Part shown: piece after piece, positions 25,482 to 33,112 of the stretch
How positions within the stretch are numbered: position 1 is the first letter of the stretch
Layout: every line of letters begins with the position of its first letter
From: a virus
Strand: one strand, 5' to 3'
IMG/VR virus record: IMGVR_UViG_3300046507_000282
Coordinates: 29,888-93,887 of that record
Length of the DNA stretch: 64,000 bases
Made by a program: the position numbers and the translations under genes
Notes under the pieces: model-generated
Seen by the model: the letters and a program-made list of their open reading frames with translations, nothing else
Told to the model about the DNA's origin: nothing
Database searches by the model: none

Positions 25482-25750
25482 ACACTGTCTTCCTTCTCAT
25501 GGCCCAGTACAACGGCCAGGCAATCGTGCCGGCAGAGCGCGTGTGCGAGGACTACTTCGCCCCACTGAAGCCGGTCAACTTCCTGCGCAAGATCGCCGCT
25601 GGCGAGATTCGCTTGCCGCTCGTTCGCATGGAAGAGTCACAGAAGGGCGCGAGGGGTGTCCACCTGAGCGACCTGGCCGCATATATCGACGCCAAGCGCG
25701 CGGCGGCGGTCAAGGAATGCGAGAAACTTTGCGGTGCAACAAACGGGTAA
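25478..25750 (+). CDS. PrtN-family protein (probable recombination directionality factor)
   Basis: 'MNTVFLLMAQY...SQKGARGVHLSDLAAYID'; next to the att site. Confidence 0.88.
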   Translation: MNTVFLLMAQYNGQAIVPAERVCEDYFAPLKPVNFLRKIAAGEIRLPLVRMEESQKGARGVHLSDLAAYIDAKRAAAVKECEKLCGATNG

Positions 25751-25991
25751 CATCAAATTCACTGAGGCCGGAATTCCTTTGCGTACCGGGCGTTCCGGAC
25801 AAGTGATCGTTCCCATCCATCATCGGGGCCACAGATACTCGTCTTGGCGTTGATTTCATTGAGAATCCAGATAATTCAAGGGTTTCAGCCCCACTCCATC
25901 GGTGCAACATTCATGCGGGTTTACGTGAGTTTTTGCAGGTTTCAGAGGACTGGGGTAACATTGTTGCACCACTCCCCACTCCTGTTACACC
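25733..25991. other. attP region: replacement 5' end of dusA (minus strand, 25812-25859) flanked by arm-type repeats
   Basis: Minus strand encodes MKSTPRRVSVAPMMD, then diverges from DusA; GGTG(C/T)AACA and GGGTAACA repeats at 25733, 25745, 25901, 25953, 25962 (rc), 25983 (rc). Confidence 0.8.
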
Positions 25992-25998
25992 GAAAACC

Positions 25999-27081
25999 AT
26001 GGGCACAATCATGCAACGCGTCCGAAAGGACGGAAGCATAGGATACACCGCAGTCGTTCGCGTCAAGCGCGGCGGAAAGGTCATCCACACCGAGACTGAG
26101 ACCTTCGACCGCGAGCCGCCCGCGAAGGCATGGATCGCAAAGCGCGAAAAAGTGCTGGCCGCGCCGGGCGGAATCGAGAGCGTCGTGAAAGAGGACCCAA
26201 CCCTTTCCGAGGCGATAAAGCGCTATAAGAAAGAGTCGAAAAAGGACATTGGTCGGACGAAAGCCCAAGTCCTGCGCTGCATAGAAGAGGCTGAAATTGG
26301 CGCGCTGAAGTGCTCTGAGGTAACGAGCCAGACAATCGTCGCATTCGCCCACGAACTCAAGGTGAAGCCTCAGACCGTCAGTAACTATGTCTCTCACCTG
26401 GCCGCCGTCTTCACCGTCGCGAAACCGGCTTGGGGCTACCCGCTCGAAATGCAGCAGATAAACGATGCGCGAGTGGTCCTGAAGAAACTGGGCTCAAGCA
26501 GCCGATCACGGGAGCGCGACCGCCGCCCGACAGTCGGCGAAATGGACCATATCCTCGCCCACTACGCAGAAATGGAAAAGCGCGAGCGGGCCGAAATCCC
26601 GATGATCAAGATCATCCTGTTCGCGATGTTCTCGGCTCGCCGCCAGGAAGAAATCTGCCGACTCGCGTGGGCCGACTACGAGGGAGACCGCGCGCTGGTA
26701 CGCGACATGAAGCACCCGGGCCAGAAGATCGGGAACGATACTTGGGTTGACCTTCCGCCCGAAGCGCGGCGCATTATTGACTCGATGCCACGCACCGGGG
26801 CGCTGCTGTTCCCGTACAACCACCGGAGCGTCAGCGCGAGCTTCACAAAGGCTACCAGCTTCCTCTCAATAGACGACCTTCATTTCCACGATCTGAGGCA
26901 CGAGGGAGCCTCTAGGCTGTTCGAGCTAGGCTGGAACATCCCGCACGTCGCCGCAGTCACCGGGCACCGCTCATGGGCGTCCCTGAAGCGCTATTCGCAC
27001 CTGCGCCAGACCGGCGACAAGTGGGCGGGCTGGGAATGGATCGAAAATCTGCAAGACGCATCGCAAAACGTAGCCGCTTGA
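25999..27081 (+). CDS. int: Tyrosine integrase (dusA-associated type)
   Basis: R (SARRQEEI), K (DMKHP), HDLRH, GH...RY catalytic set. Confidence 0.95.
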   Translation: MGTIMQRVRKDGSIGYTAVVRVKRGGKVIHTETETFDREPPAKAWIAKREKVLAAPGGIESVVKEDPTLSEAIKRYKKESKKDIGRTKAQVLRCIEEAEIGALKCSEVTSQTIVAFAHELKVKPQTVSNYVSHLAAVFTVAKPAWGYPLEMQQINDARVVLKKLGSSSRSRERDRRPTVGEMDHILAHYAEMEKRERAEIPMIKIILFAMFSARRQEEICRLAWADYEGDRALVRDMKHPGQKIGNDTWVDLPPEARRIIDSMPRTGALLFPYNHRSVSASFTKATSFLSIDDLHFHDLRHEGASRLFELGWNIPHVAAVTGHRSWASLKRYSHLRQTGDKWAGWEWIENLQDASQNVAA

Positions 27082-27123
27082 CCCTTCAATTTCGCACTAA
27101 ACTAGAACAAAGGAACCAACCCC

Positions 27124-27351
27124 ATGACGGTAGCCGTGATCGATACCCTAAAACTCGTCAAGCGCCTGCGCGAGACGATGGACCCCAAGCAGGCGGAAGC
27201 ATTCGCCGAAGCTCTCAATGAATCGCTCGGCGAGAAGGTCGCTACTAAAGCCGATATCGAAGCGTCCGAAGCTCGGCTCACCAACAAGCTGTACGCAGTC
27301 GGATTAACGGTCGTGCTTGCGACCGGCGTCATGCAGCACTTCCTCAAATGA
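27124..27351 (+). CDS. DUF1640/CCDC90-like small membrane-anchored protein
   Basis: 'DTLKLVKRL...QAEA...VATKADI' plus C-terminal hydrophobic helix. Confidence 0.7.
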   Translation: MTVAVIDTLKLVKRLRETMDPKQAEAFAEALNESLGEKVATKADIEASEARLTNKLYAVGLTVVLATGVMQHFLK

Positions 27352-27566
27352 TAGGCCCCGGAAAATACGACCGCCTCTGCACAATCGTCCGCGAGGAAGC
27401 TGGCGCGGCCGGCGCTCTAGTCCTGGTGATCGACGGCGAGAAAGGATCTGGCTTTTCGGTGCAAGCAGACATCGAAACGCAAATGCGGCTGCCCGATCTG
27501 CTTGAGGCGATGGCGCGGCAAATCCGGATGGATACAAGCGACCCCGCCAGCTTCGCGGGACAGTAA
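27348..27566 (+). CDS. Hypothetical protein
   Basis: ATGA coupling. Confidence 0.65.
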   Translation: MIGPGKYDRLCTIVREEAGAAGALVLVIDGEKGSGFSVQADIETQMRLPDLLEAMARQIRMDTSDPASFAGQ

Positions 27567-27581
27567 AAAGAGCAAACGAAG

Positions 27582-27621
27582 ATGCACGCCGACGGCCCCG
27601 CGCCACGGCGTGCATTTTTTT
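27582..27621 (+). terminator. Intrinsic terminator
   Basis: ATGCACGCCG...CGGCGTGCAT followed by a T run. Confidence 0.75.
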
Positions 27622-27630
27622 GTCTAATTT

Positions 27631-27676
27631 TCTTCCCTAAAAGCAGATTCGTGGGGTATTATTCTTTTCAAGCAGA
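27631..27676 (+). promoter_or_regulatory. Two operator sites in an AT-rich promoter region
   Basis: TCTTC-N7-GCAGA at 27631-27647; TATTC-N7-GCAGA at 27660-27676. Confidence 0.6.
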
Positions 27677-27697
27677 AACGAACCGGAGCAAACCCCT

Positions 27698-27919
27698 ATG
27701 ACCACCAAGATCGAAATTCAAGTAATCAGCGACGAAAACTTCACCGTCCTAGTTGACAGCGAACCCCAAGCACGCCGCGACAACGCATCGCAAGCAACCC
27801 TCTACGCTCTGCACCTGTTCTTCGGCTTCATGGAAGACGGCTTTCGCGCTCGAATCATCTACCCGGAAGCGGACCCGCGCTTCGGTCGCCTCACCCGCGT
27901 CTATCAGGAGTTCGCATGA
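27698..27919 (+). CDS. Small hypothetical protein
   Basis: GGAG RBS. Confidence 0.65.
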   Translation: MTTKIEIQVISDENFTVLVDSEPQARRDNASQATLYALHLFFGFMEDGFRARIIYPEADPRFGRLTRVYQEFA

Positions 27920-28110
27920 CGACTGCCTACGTCATCTCCTGCGCCCCTAAGGACCGCAAGCCATTCCGCATCGAGTGTCCGGACACGATGACGCGAGCCG
28001 ACGTGAGAAAGATTGCACTTGACCTGATCGGCATTTACACCCCGGAGCGCGTGGCAGTGAGCGCCGTTTCGTTCACCAACATTGACGAAGACCTTTTCGG
28101 CGACGCCTGA
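27916..28110 (+). CDS. Small hypothetical protein
   Basis: AGGAG RBS, ATGA coupling. Confidence 0.65.
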   Translation: MTTAYVISCAPKDRKPFRIECPDTMTRADVRKIALDLIGIYTPERVAVSAVSFTNIDEDLFGDA

Positions 28111-28118
28111 GAATCCCC

Positions 28119-28400
28119 ATGACCACCAACACCAAACACGTCGAAATCATCAAGCACATGCTCGGCATGGGCAGCAGCCGCCGCCAATCGTGGGGCACGC
28201 GCAACTACTTCGCCACCTACAAAGACGGCACTGAATTTCAGACGCTACAGGACATGCAGCGCGCCGGTCTAGTCAAGGAAACGCAGGTATCGCCGAGCGG
28301 CATGCACTACTACGCTGCGACAGACAAGGGCCTGACTGCGGTCGGCATGCGCCGCGCTAACAACGGCTACCTTATTCCGACCGAGGAAGTGGTGGAATGA
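28119..28400 (+). CDS. Hypothetical phage protein
   Basis: 'HMLG...RNYF...GLV...YYAATDKG' pattern. Confidence 0.7.
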   Translation: MTTNTKHVEIIKHMLGMGSSRRQSWGTRNYFATYKDGTEFQTLQDMQRAGLVKETQVSPSGMHYYAATDKGLTAVGMRRANNGYLIPTEEVVE

Positions 28401-28543
28401 TGGATGACTTCGGGAACACGTTCTACGACTGGTTGACGAAGCCAGAATCTGCGGCAGCGTTCATTCGGTTCACACTGAGCGACGAAGCGATTGCCGCACG
28501 CACCCGCGACGAAGACCTTCGGCAATACGGCGTGATCGCCTGA
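28397..28543 (+). CDS. Small hypothetical protein (48 aa; not in the ORF track)
   Basis: ATGA coupling; hand translation MMDDFGNTFYDWLTKPESAAAF... Confidence 0.5.
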   Translation: MMDDFGNTFYDWLTKPESAAAFIRFTLSDEAIAARTRDEDLRQYGVIA

Positions 28544-28602
28544 GTCGGGACCGCAAAATAAACGAGAGCCCCGCACCGGGGCCGTTAAACGGTAGAAAGA
28601 GA

Positions 28603-28866
28603 ATGAGTCAGGAAGATACCGCGCAAATCCATGAGGCTATGGATTGGGAGCGCAACAACCGCCCGCGCGAGGTCGCCGCGACGTTCGCACCAGCAGACAA
28701 GGGATACGGCCCAGCGACGTGCAACGGGCGCGAGAAGCGCACCGGGCCGGGCGTGCAATTGGAGGATGATTGCGGGGAAGAGTTGCCGCCCCTGCGTCGC
28801 GCAATGGGGCGGCATTTGTGCGTGGCCTGCCAGGAGTTGCTTGAGGCAGGAAGGCTGTTCGGCTAA
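28603..28866 (+). CDS. DksA/TraR-type C4 zinc-finger protein
   Basis: 'DCGEELPPLRRAMGRHLCVACQE'. Confidence 0.75.
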   Translation: MSQEDTAQIHEAMDWERNNRPREVAATFAPADKGYGPATCNGREKRTGPGVQLEDDCGEELPPLRRAMGRHLCVACQELLEAGRLFG

Positions 28867-29492
28867 GCGGTGGCGTGCGCTAGAGTGGCGGAAGCCGCGC
28901 GCACCGTCGATAGAGCAAGTGCGAGCGTGACGCGATCAAGCATATGATCGGTCACGTTTGGAATCGGCAGAAACGCATGGCCGATATCCGACACCTTTGC
29001 AGCATGATCCAAATGAAGCGGGACATCGGGAACCACGTCGTTCCCGTTTTTTGTCAGAAGGATCGGAACACCCTTCAGCAGCTTCGCAACGCGCGGACCA
29101 TCGCACACACGCGGCGGCTCGAAGCCGTAGACGGCAACAGGCGGATTCCCCGACGCCGTCATATCCGCCGCAGCCATCAGCGCAATAGCCGCGCCGAGAG
29201 AGTGCCCAACGAGCGTCACCGGCTGCCCGGCGATGGCCGCAAGAACCGGCACCCGGATAGCCTGCCACGCGTCCCAAAATCCCTCATGAACCTCACCCAC
29301 ACCCGGGACGTTGACCGTCAGGATATCCAGATCGGCGAGCCATGATGCGATGTTGTTCGTGCCTGGGAAGGCCACGACAAAGCCAGCGGGCGTATGCCGC
29401 AAGATCGCGCGAGAGGCGCTATCCGCAATACCGATATCCGGCACAGCGTCATATGCCTCCTGCGCGATCAGCGCAAAGTCGCGCGGCGTCAT
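28863..29492 (-). CDS. Lipase class 3 (alpha/beta hydrolase)
   Basis: 'VVAFPGT..WLADL..VHEGF..GHSLG..FEPPRV..DVVPDVP..DH'; intact Ser-Asp-His set. Confidence 0.9.
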   Translation of the reverse strand: MTPRDFALIAQEAYDAVPDIGIADSASRAILRHTPAGFVVAFPGTNNIASWLADLDILTVNVPGVGEVHEGFWDAWQAIRVPVLAAIAGQPVTLVGHSLGAAIALMAAADMTASGNPPVAVYGFEPPRVCDGPRVAKLLKGVPILLTKNGNDVVPDVPLHLDHAAKVSDIGHAFLPIPNVTDHMLDRVTLALALSTVRAASATLAHATA

Positions 29493-29870
29493 TTACGACG
29501 AGGCCGCCGACGGCGCGGATGCGGCGACGGGAGCCGACGCGCCGGGCGACGCGGCAGCGGCGGGAGCCGAGGCACCGGGAACGGCAGAAGCCGGGGCGGT
29601 CGCCGCGATGGCCTTGTTCACGGCGCAAAACACGCCGTTACCAGCCGCGACAACGGACAACGTCGGGTCAGCTACAGCAGCGGCAGTGACAGCAGCCTGA
29701 CCGACCGGGCACGCTGCGTTCACTGCAGCGGCGGTAGTCTGGAGCGCGCCGACCGCTGCGCTGTTCACGGTTGCGACGTTGTTCGCCGCGGTCTGGATTT
29801 GCGTGGCCGAGCACGCGGCGAGCATTGCGATGCCCGCCAAAGCACAAGCCATCAAAAGACGCTTTTTCAT
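29493..29870 (-). CDS. Lipoprotein in the lysis cassette
   Basis: Signal peptide MKKRLL... with lipobox LAAC; Ala/Pro-rich tail. Confidence 0.8.
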   Translation of the reverse strand: MKKRLLMACALAGIAMLAACSATQIQTAANNVATVNSAAVGALQTTAAAVNAACPVGQAAVTAAAVADPTLSVVAAGNGVFCAVNKAIAATAPASAVPGASAPAAAASPGASAPVAASAPSAASS

Positions 29871-29918
29871 ATCGATTCCTTTACCGATGGTTTTAAGAGA
29901 CGGTCTAGCCGACCGAAT

Positions 29919-30140
29919 TTATGCTGGCGTCACGTCCGTCTTGACAGCGACAGGAGCGTTGCGCGACAACCACTTCTGAATGAGCCAGTGGCCTGCAGTG
30001 ACGACGCCGATAGCAATGGATACCTGTTCCTGCGGATCGATTCCGAGCTTCCAGTGAGCATCGAGAACGCCGAGCGCGGCAACGAGGCCAGCGGTGATTG
30101 CGCCAGCCGCGCCGGTTGCAGCGGGAGAGGTTTGGTTCAT
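29919..30140 (-). CDS. Putative holin (2 TM)
   Basis: 73 aa, two hydrophobic segments, directly after the endolysin. Confidence 0.65.
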   Translation of the reverse strand: MNQTSPAATGAAGAITAGLVAALGVLDAHWKLGIDPQEQVSIAIGVVTAGHWLIQKWLSRNAPVAVKTDVTPA

Positions 30141-30157
30141 AAGTACTCCTATTCGAA

Positions 30158-30670
30158 TTAATGCGAGGTATGACAGAGAGAACAATGCGCACCCAGCCTG
30201 AAAAGTGCGGCTTCGGCACTGCGCCGCTTCACAAGCCCGGCCAGCACCTTTCCGCCTGCCTTATTCCACACCGAGAACTGCGCAATCGCGCCATCGATGT
30301 CGCCGGCATTCAAAAGGCGCAGAAGCGTCGATCCGTCGAAGTTGCCCGTACCGATGTTGAATGTCAGATCGCACAGCGCAATGAACTCGTCTTGCGTAAG
30401 CGGTATTTCCACCACTGCGCGGACATTCGCTTCGGCTACCGACATGTCCTTCAGAAGCTGCGCATCCGCTTGCTCCTGAGTCCATACAAGCCCTTCGTGG
30501 ACTTCGGGGCCGGTATGCCCCCAGCCGACAGTCCACGGAGCCCCTGAAGACCCCCTTCCTAGCGCGAGCGGAGAAGCTGGGTCCGGGTATGCCTTGAGCC
30601 TGCAGCTTTCGCTCTGCTTTGTGATGGTCAGGTCGCCAGCACCGAGCACAAGCCCGCTATTGACGCCCAT
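30158..30670 (-). CDS. Endolysin, GH24 lysozyme
   Basis: 'ESCRLKAYPD...WTVGWGHT...FNIG...STLLRLLN...GLVKRRSAE'. Confidence 0.95.
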   Translation of the reverse strand: MGVNSGLVLGAGDLTITKQSESCRLKAYPDPASPLALGRGSSGAPWTVGWGHTGPEVHEGLVWTQEQADAQLLKDMSVAEANVRAVVEIPLTQDEFIALCDLTFNIGTGNFDGSTLLRLLNAGDIDGAIAQFSVWNKAGGKVLAGLVKRRSAEAALFRLGAHCSLCHTSH

Positions 30671-31020
30671 TACTTGTCCTGCTTCGTGTCTACTTTCCCG
30701 TAGAGATCCTTGAACCCTTGGCGCGTCTCCTGCATGTTGTCTTTGACGGCCTGCACGAGAGAGCCAATGGTTACCTCAAGGTTTTTGATTGCCGTCGTCA
30801 GGCCCTCTTGCGTCACGTATGTGCGGGCGCAGTAGAGTTGATGGGCAGCAAGGGCTTCAGAAGCCCTCTTCGCGTCTTCTGAGGCCGCCTTCGCCGCATC
30901 AGCGCCAGCCGTAGCCTCCTGCTTCAGGTCCCGAATCATGTATGTGGCAAAGAAGCCGATGATCAGGAAGAGAACGTTGATAACCGCGAGGGCTACTTCA
31001 AAAATCTGTTTGCTATCCAT
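30670..31020 (-). CDS. Membrane protein with N-terminal TM and coiled coil (holin/antiholin-position gene)
   Basis: Single N-terminal hydrophobic helix; first gene of the lysis unit. Confidence 0.7.
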   Translation of the reverse strand: MDSKQIFEVALAVINVLFLIIGFFATYMIRDLKQEATAGADAAKAASEDAKRASEALAAHQLYCARTYVTQEGLTTAIKNLEVTIGSLVQAVKDNMQETRQGFKDLYGKVDTKQDK

Positions 31021-31079
31021 TAAAAATCCAATGAGTGAAAAGGGAAAAGTGAGGCCCTCTATGTGGCTCATTGGATTTC

Positions 31080-31131
31080 ATGTTGGCGTCACGAATACGC
31101 GTAAAAAAGCCGCCTCACAGGGCGGCATTTT
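31080..31131 (-). promoter_or_regulatory. Terminator followed by putative late promoter of the lysis unit
   Basis: GCCGCC...GGCGGC-T6, then TCGTGA-CGCC-AACAT. Confidence 0.7.
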
Positions 31132-31150
31132 CAAGCGCTACTGGCGCGTT

Positions 31151-31888
31151 TTACGGCCAGACAATTGCCTGTACGGCGGCGACAGTTTCAGCCTGCGAAA
31201 CCTGCGTTGATAACTGAACGTTCGTCGCCATGTTCGCGAGGATCGCCTGCTTGCCGTCCTGACCGACCTTCTGGATTTGCGGCGACGTGTGATTCACGAA
31301 TGCCCAGTTACCGCCGCTATCCGAGCACCAGAACGGCGTCACCCACAGTTCCCACTGAGCGCCGCCATCGCTGGCGATCTGACCGGACACAGTGGGCCAT
31401 ACGGGCTCTGTAGCGCCGCTTGGACCCGAAACTACGCACGTGTAAAGCTGGCCGCCAGCGGAGACGATATGGCCCGCTTCGAATGCCGTATCAGCAGTCC
31501 ACGGATACGCCTGACCTGCTGCGAGCAACGCCGCGATAACTGACGCGGACAGGTTCGCCTGGTCGGTCGCCTTCGACGGGTACGTGTAGGGCACGCCGAG
31601 CGCCGAGGATGTGAAGCCTGCCACGATAGCAGCCGCGCATGCCGAAGAAAGTGCTGCCAGTTGCGACGATTGCGCCGCGGCGAGAAGCTCTGCAGCCGTC
31701 GGCGGAAGCGGGGCGACGAGCGCGCCATTTGCTACCGTGAACGGCGGTTGCGAATTGATGCACACCAGCCATTGCGCCTGCGTGATCGCAATGACGCTGG
31801 TGACGCCAGCGGGAACCGGGCTATCGACGCTATCGTAGAAGCCGATGATCGCGCCTTGCGCGTTATATGCTGCGAATTTTTGACCCAT
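31151..31888 (-). CDS. Tail-fibre assembly protein (DUF4376-like) with inserted carbohydrate-binding-like module
   Basis: 'IIGFYD..', 'GFTSSALG.PYTYPS..TDQANL', 'HT..QIQKVG.D'; insert 'WTADTAFEAG...EPVWPT...DGGAQW'. Confidence 0.75.
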   Translation of the reverse strand: MGQKFAAYNAQGAIIGFYDSVDSPVPAGVTSVIAITQAQWLVCINSQPPFTVANGALVAPLPPTAAELLAAAQSSQLAALSSACAAAIVAGFTSSALGVPYTYPSKATDQANLSASVIAALLAAGQAYPWTADTAFEAGHIVSAGGQLYTCVVSGPSGATEPVWPTVSGQIASDGGAQWELWVTPFWCSDSGGNWAFVNHTSPQIQKVGQDGKQAILANMATNVQLSTQVSQAETVAAVQAIVWP

Positions 31889-31890
31889 GA

Positions 31891-32667
31891 TTAGTTTCCG
31901 ATTGCGATCCATGTACCCGTGGTTGCCAAACGAACCGTCGAACTAGCCCACGTAGACCCCGAGAAGCCAGTCAGAGACCCAGTCCCCGTAGTCGTTCCGA
32001 AAGAACCCGCACCGGACGCAGTCCATGAAGTGACATTCAGTGACAGAGCAGCATTAGGAAATGCGATAGGATAGGTTACGGGCGTATCAGCCGATCCACT
32101 CCCATTGAACCTACCCCACTGGAAAATCAGGCCGCTCGGCAGCTTTTGATAGCCGTTGGCAGCGAGGGATGCGCCGAACGATCCCGATCCCTTGAGTTGC
32201 CCCGCCCCGTCTACGGCCATCCAGACATTTGAGCCGTTCGAAACAAGGGTTACCGTGTCACCGGCCAGAAGCGGGTAGCTTGCGACCGACGCTGCACCAT
32301 TATTGATGACCCCGTTCCCGCCAGTCGCAGCAAGCGCGAGGGTTCCCGTACCGAAATTAAGAATCTCGATTCTGGCTCCGGCAGGAACCGACGACAATAC
32401 TGGAAGATTGAGCGTGCCAGCTCCCGCCACAGTGCTGATGACCGTCGAACCAATGGCCGCAAGCCCAGGGGTAAAAGATGCGGCACTGTTCGAGATGACC
32501 GACGCAGACTGCATGCCAAGTTGGCGGACAAACGACGTCGTCGCCACATTAAGCGAGTTGTCAAACTGCGGCGGCGACTGCGCAATCTGAATATTGCCGA
32601 GGCCGTCAGGCAGAAGCAGCGCGGCAACCGCCGCCAGAATTGCGGATTTAGTACCAGCGAACGCCAT
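31891..32667 (-). CDS. Tail fibre protein 2
   Basis: 'QFDNSLNVATTSFV', 'GYQKLPSGLIFQWG', 'PIAFPN..WIAIG'. Confidence 0.85.
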   Translation of the reverse strand: MAFAGTKSAILAAVAALLLPDGLGNIQIAQSPPQFDNSLNVATTSFVRQLGMQSASVISNSAASFTPGLAAIGSTVISTVAGAGTLNLPVLSSVPAGARIEILNFGTGTLALAATGGNGVINNGAASVASYPLLAGDTVTLVSNGSNVWMAVDGAGQLKGSGSFGASLAANGYQKLPSGLIFQWGRFNGSGSADTPVTYPIAFPNAALSLNVTSWTASGAGSFGTTTGTGSLTGFSGSTWASSTVRLATTGTWIAIGN

Positions 32668-33110
32668 TATTTGGCTCCAATGAAATCAGGTGCAACCGGC
32701 AGCGCAACGTTCGGGAATCCCTTCGCCGACGGCAGATCGCGCAGCGCCTTGCGGTATGCGCCGAGCGCCTTTACTTGGTCTGGCGCGAGCGTCGTGGTCT
32801 GCATCGCCATTTGTTCGTCCATGTGGCGGCAGGCAAGCCAGTCCGTTGCGGCGAGAGCGGCATTGCGCTGTACGCGCAGGGATGCGGCGAGTTGATCGGC
32901 GGTCGGCGGCGCAGGGTCAACGAGAAGCGGCTTGCCCTTCTTATCGACCTTCATGCGCTTGCCCGATGCCTGACCTTCGATGAGCGCAATGTGATGCGCA
33001 TCGTCAATCGGAACCGCGCCAGCGGGAATTTGATGATCCGCATGGATGTCATCGGCATAGAAGCCAATGACAAATCCGGCGTCGTCAAGGTGTGCGTATT
33101 TTTGACCCAT
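32667..33110 (-). CDS. Tail fibre assembly chaperone
   Basis: 'GFY...IPAGAVPI...QRNAALAATDW...YRKALRDLP...FP'. Confidence 0.88.
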   Translation of the reverse strand: MGQKYAHLDDAGFVIGFYADDIHADHQIPAGAVPIDDAHHIALIEGQASGKRMKVDKKGKPLLVDPAPPTADQLAASLRVQRNAALAATDWLACRHMDEQMAMQTTTLAPDQVKALGAYRKALRDLPSAKGFPNVALPVAPDFIGAK

Positions 33111-33112
33111 GA

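Noticed and set aside
25710-25910. 66-aa minus-strand ORF as a functional gene or dusA pseudogene
   Set aside because: Only the ~15 codons up to the att core resemble DusA; better explained as the attP replacement segment
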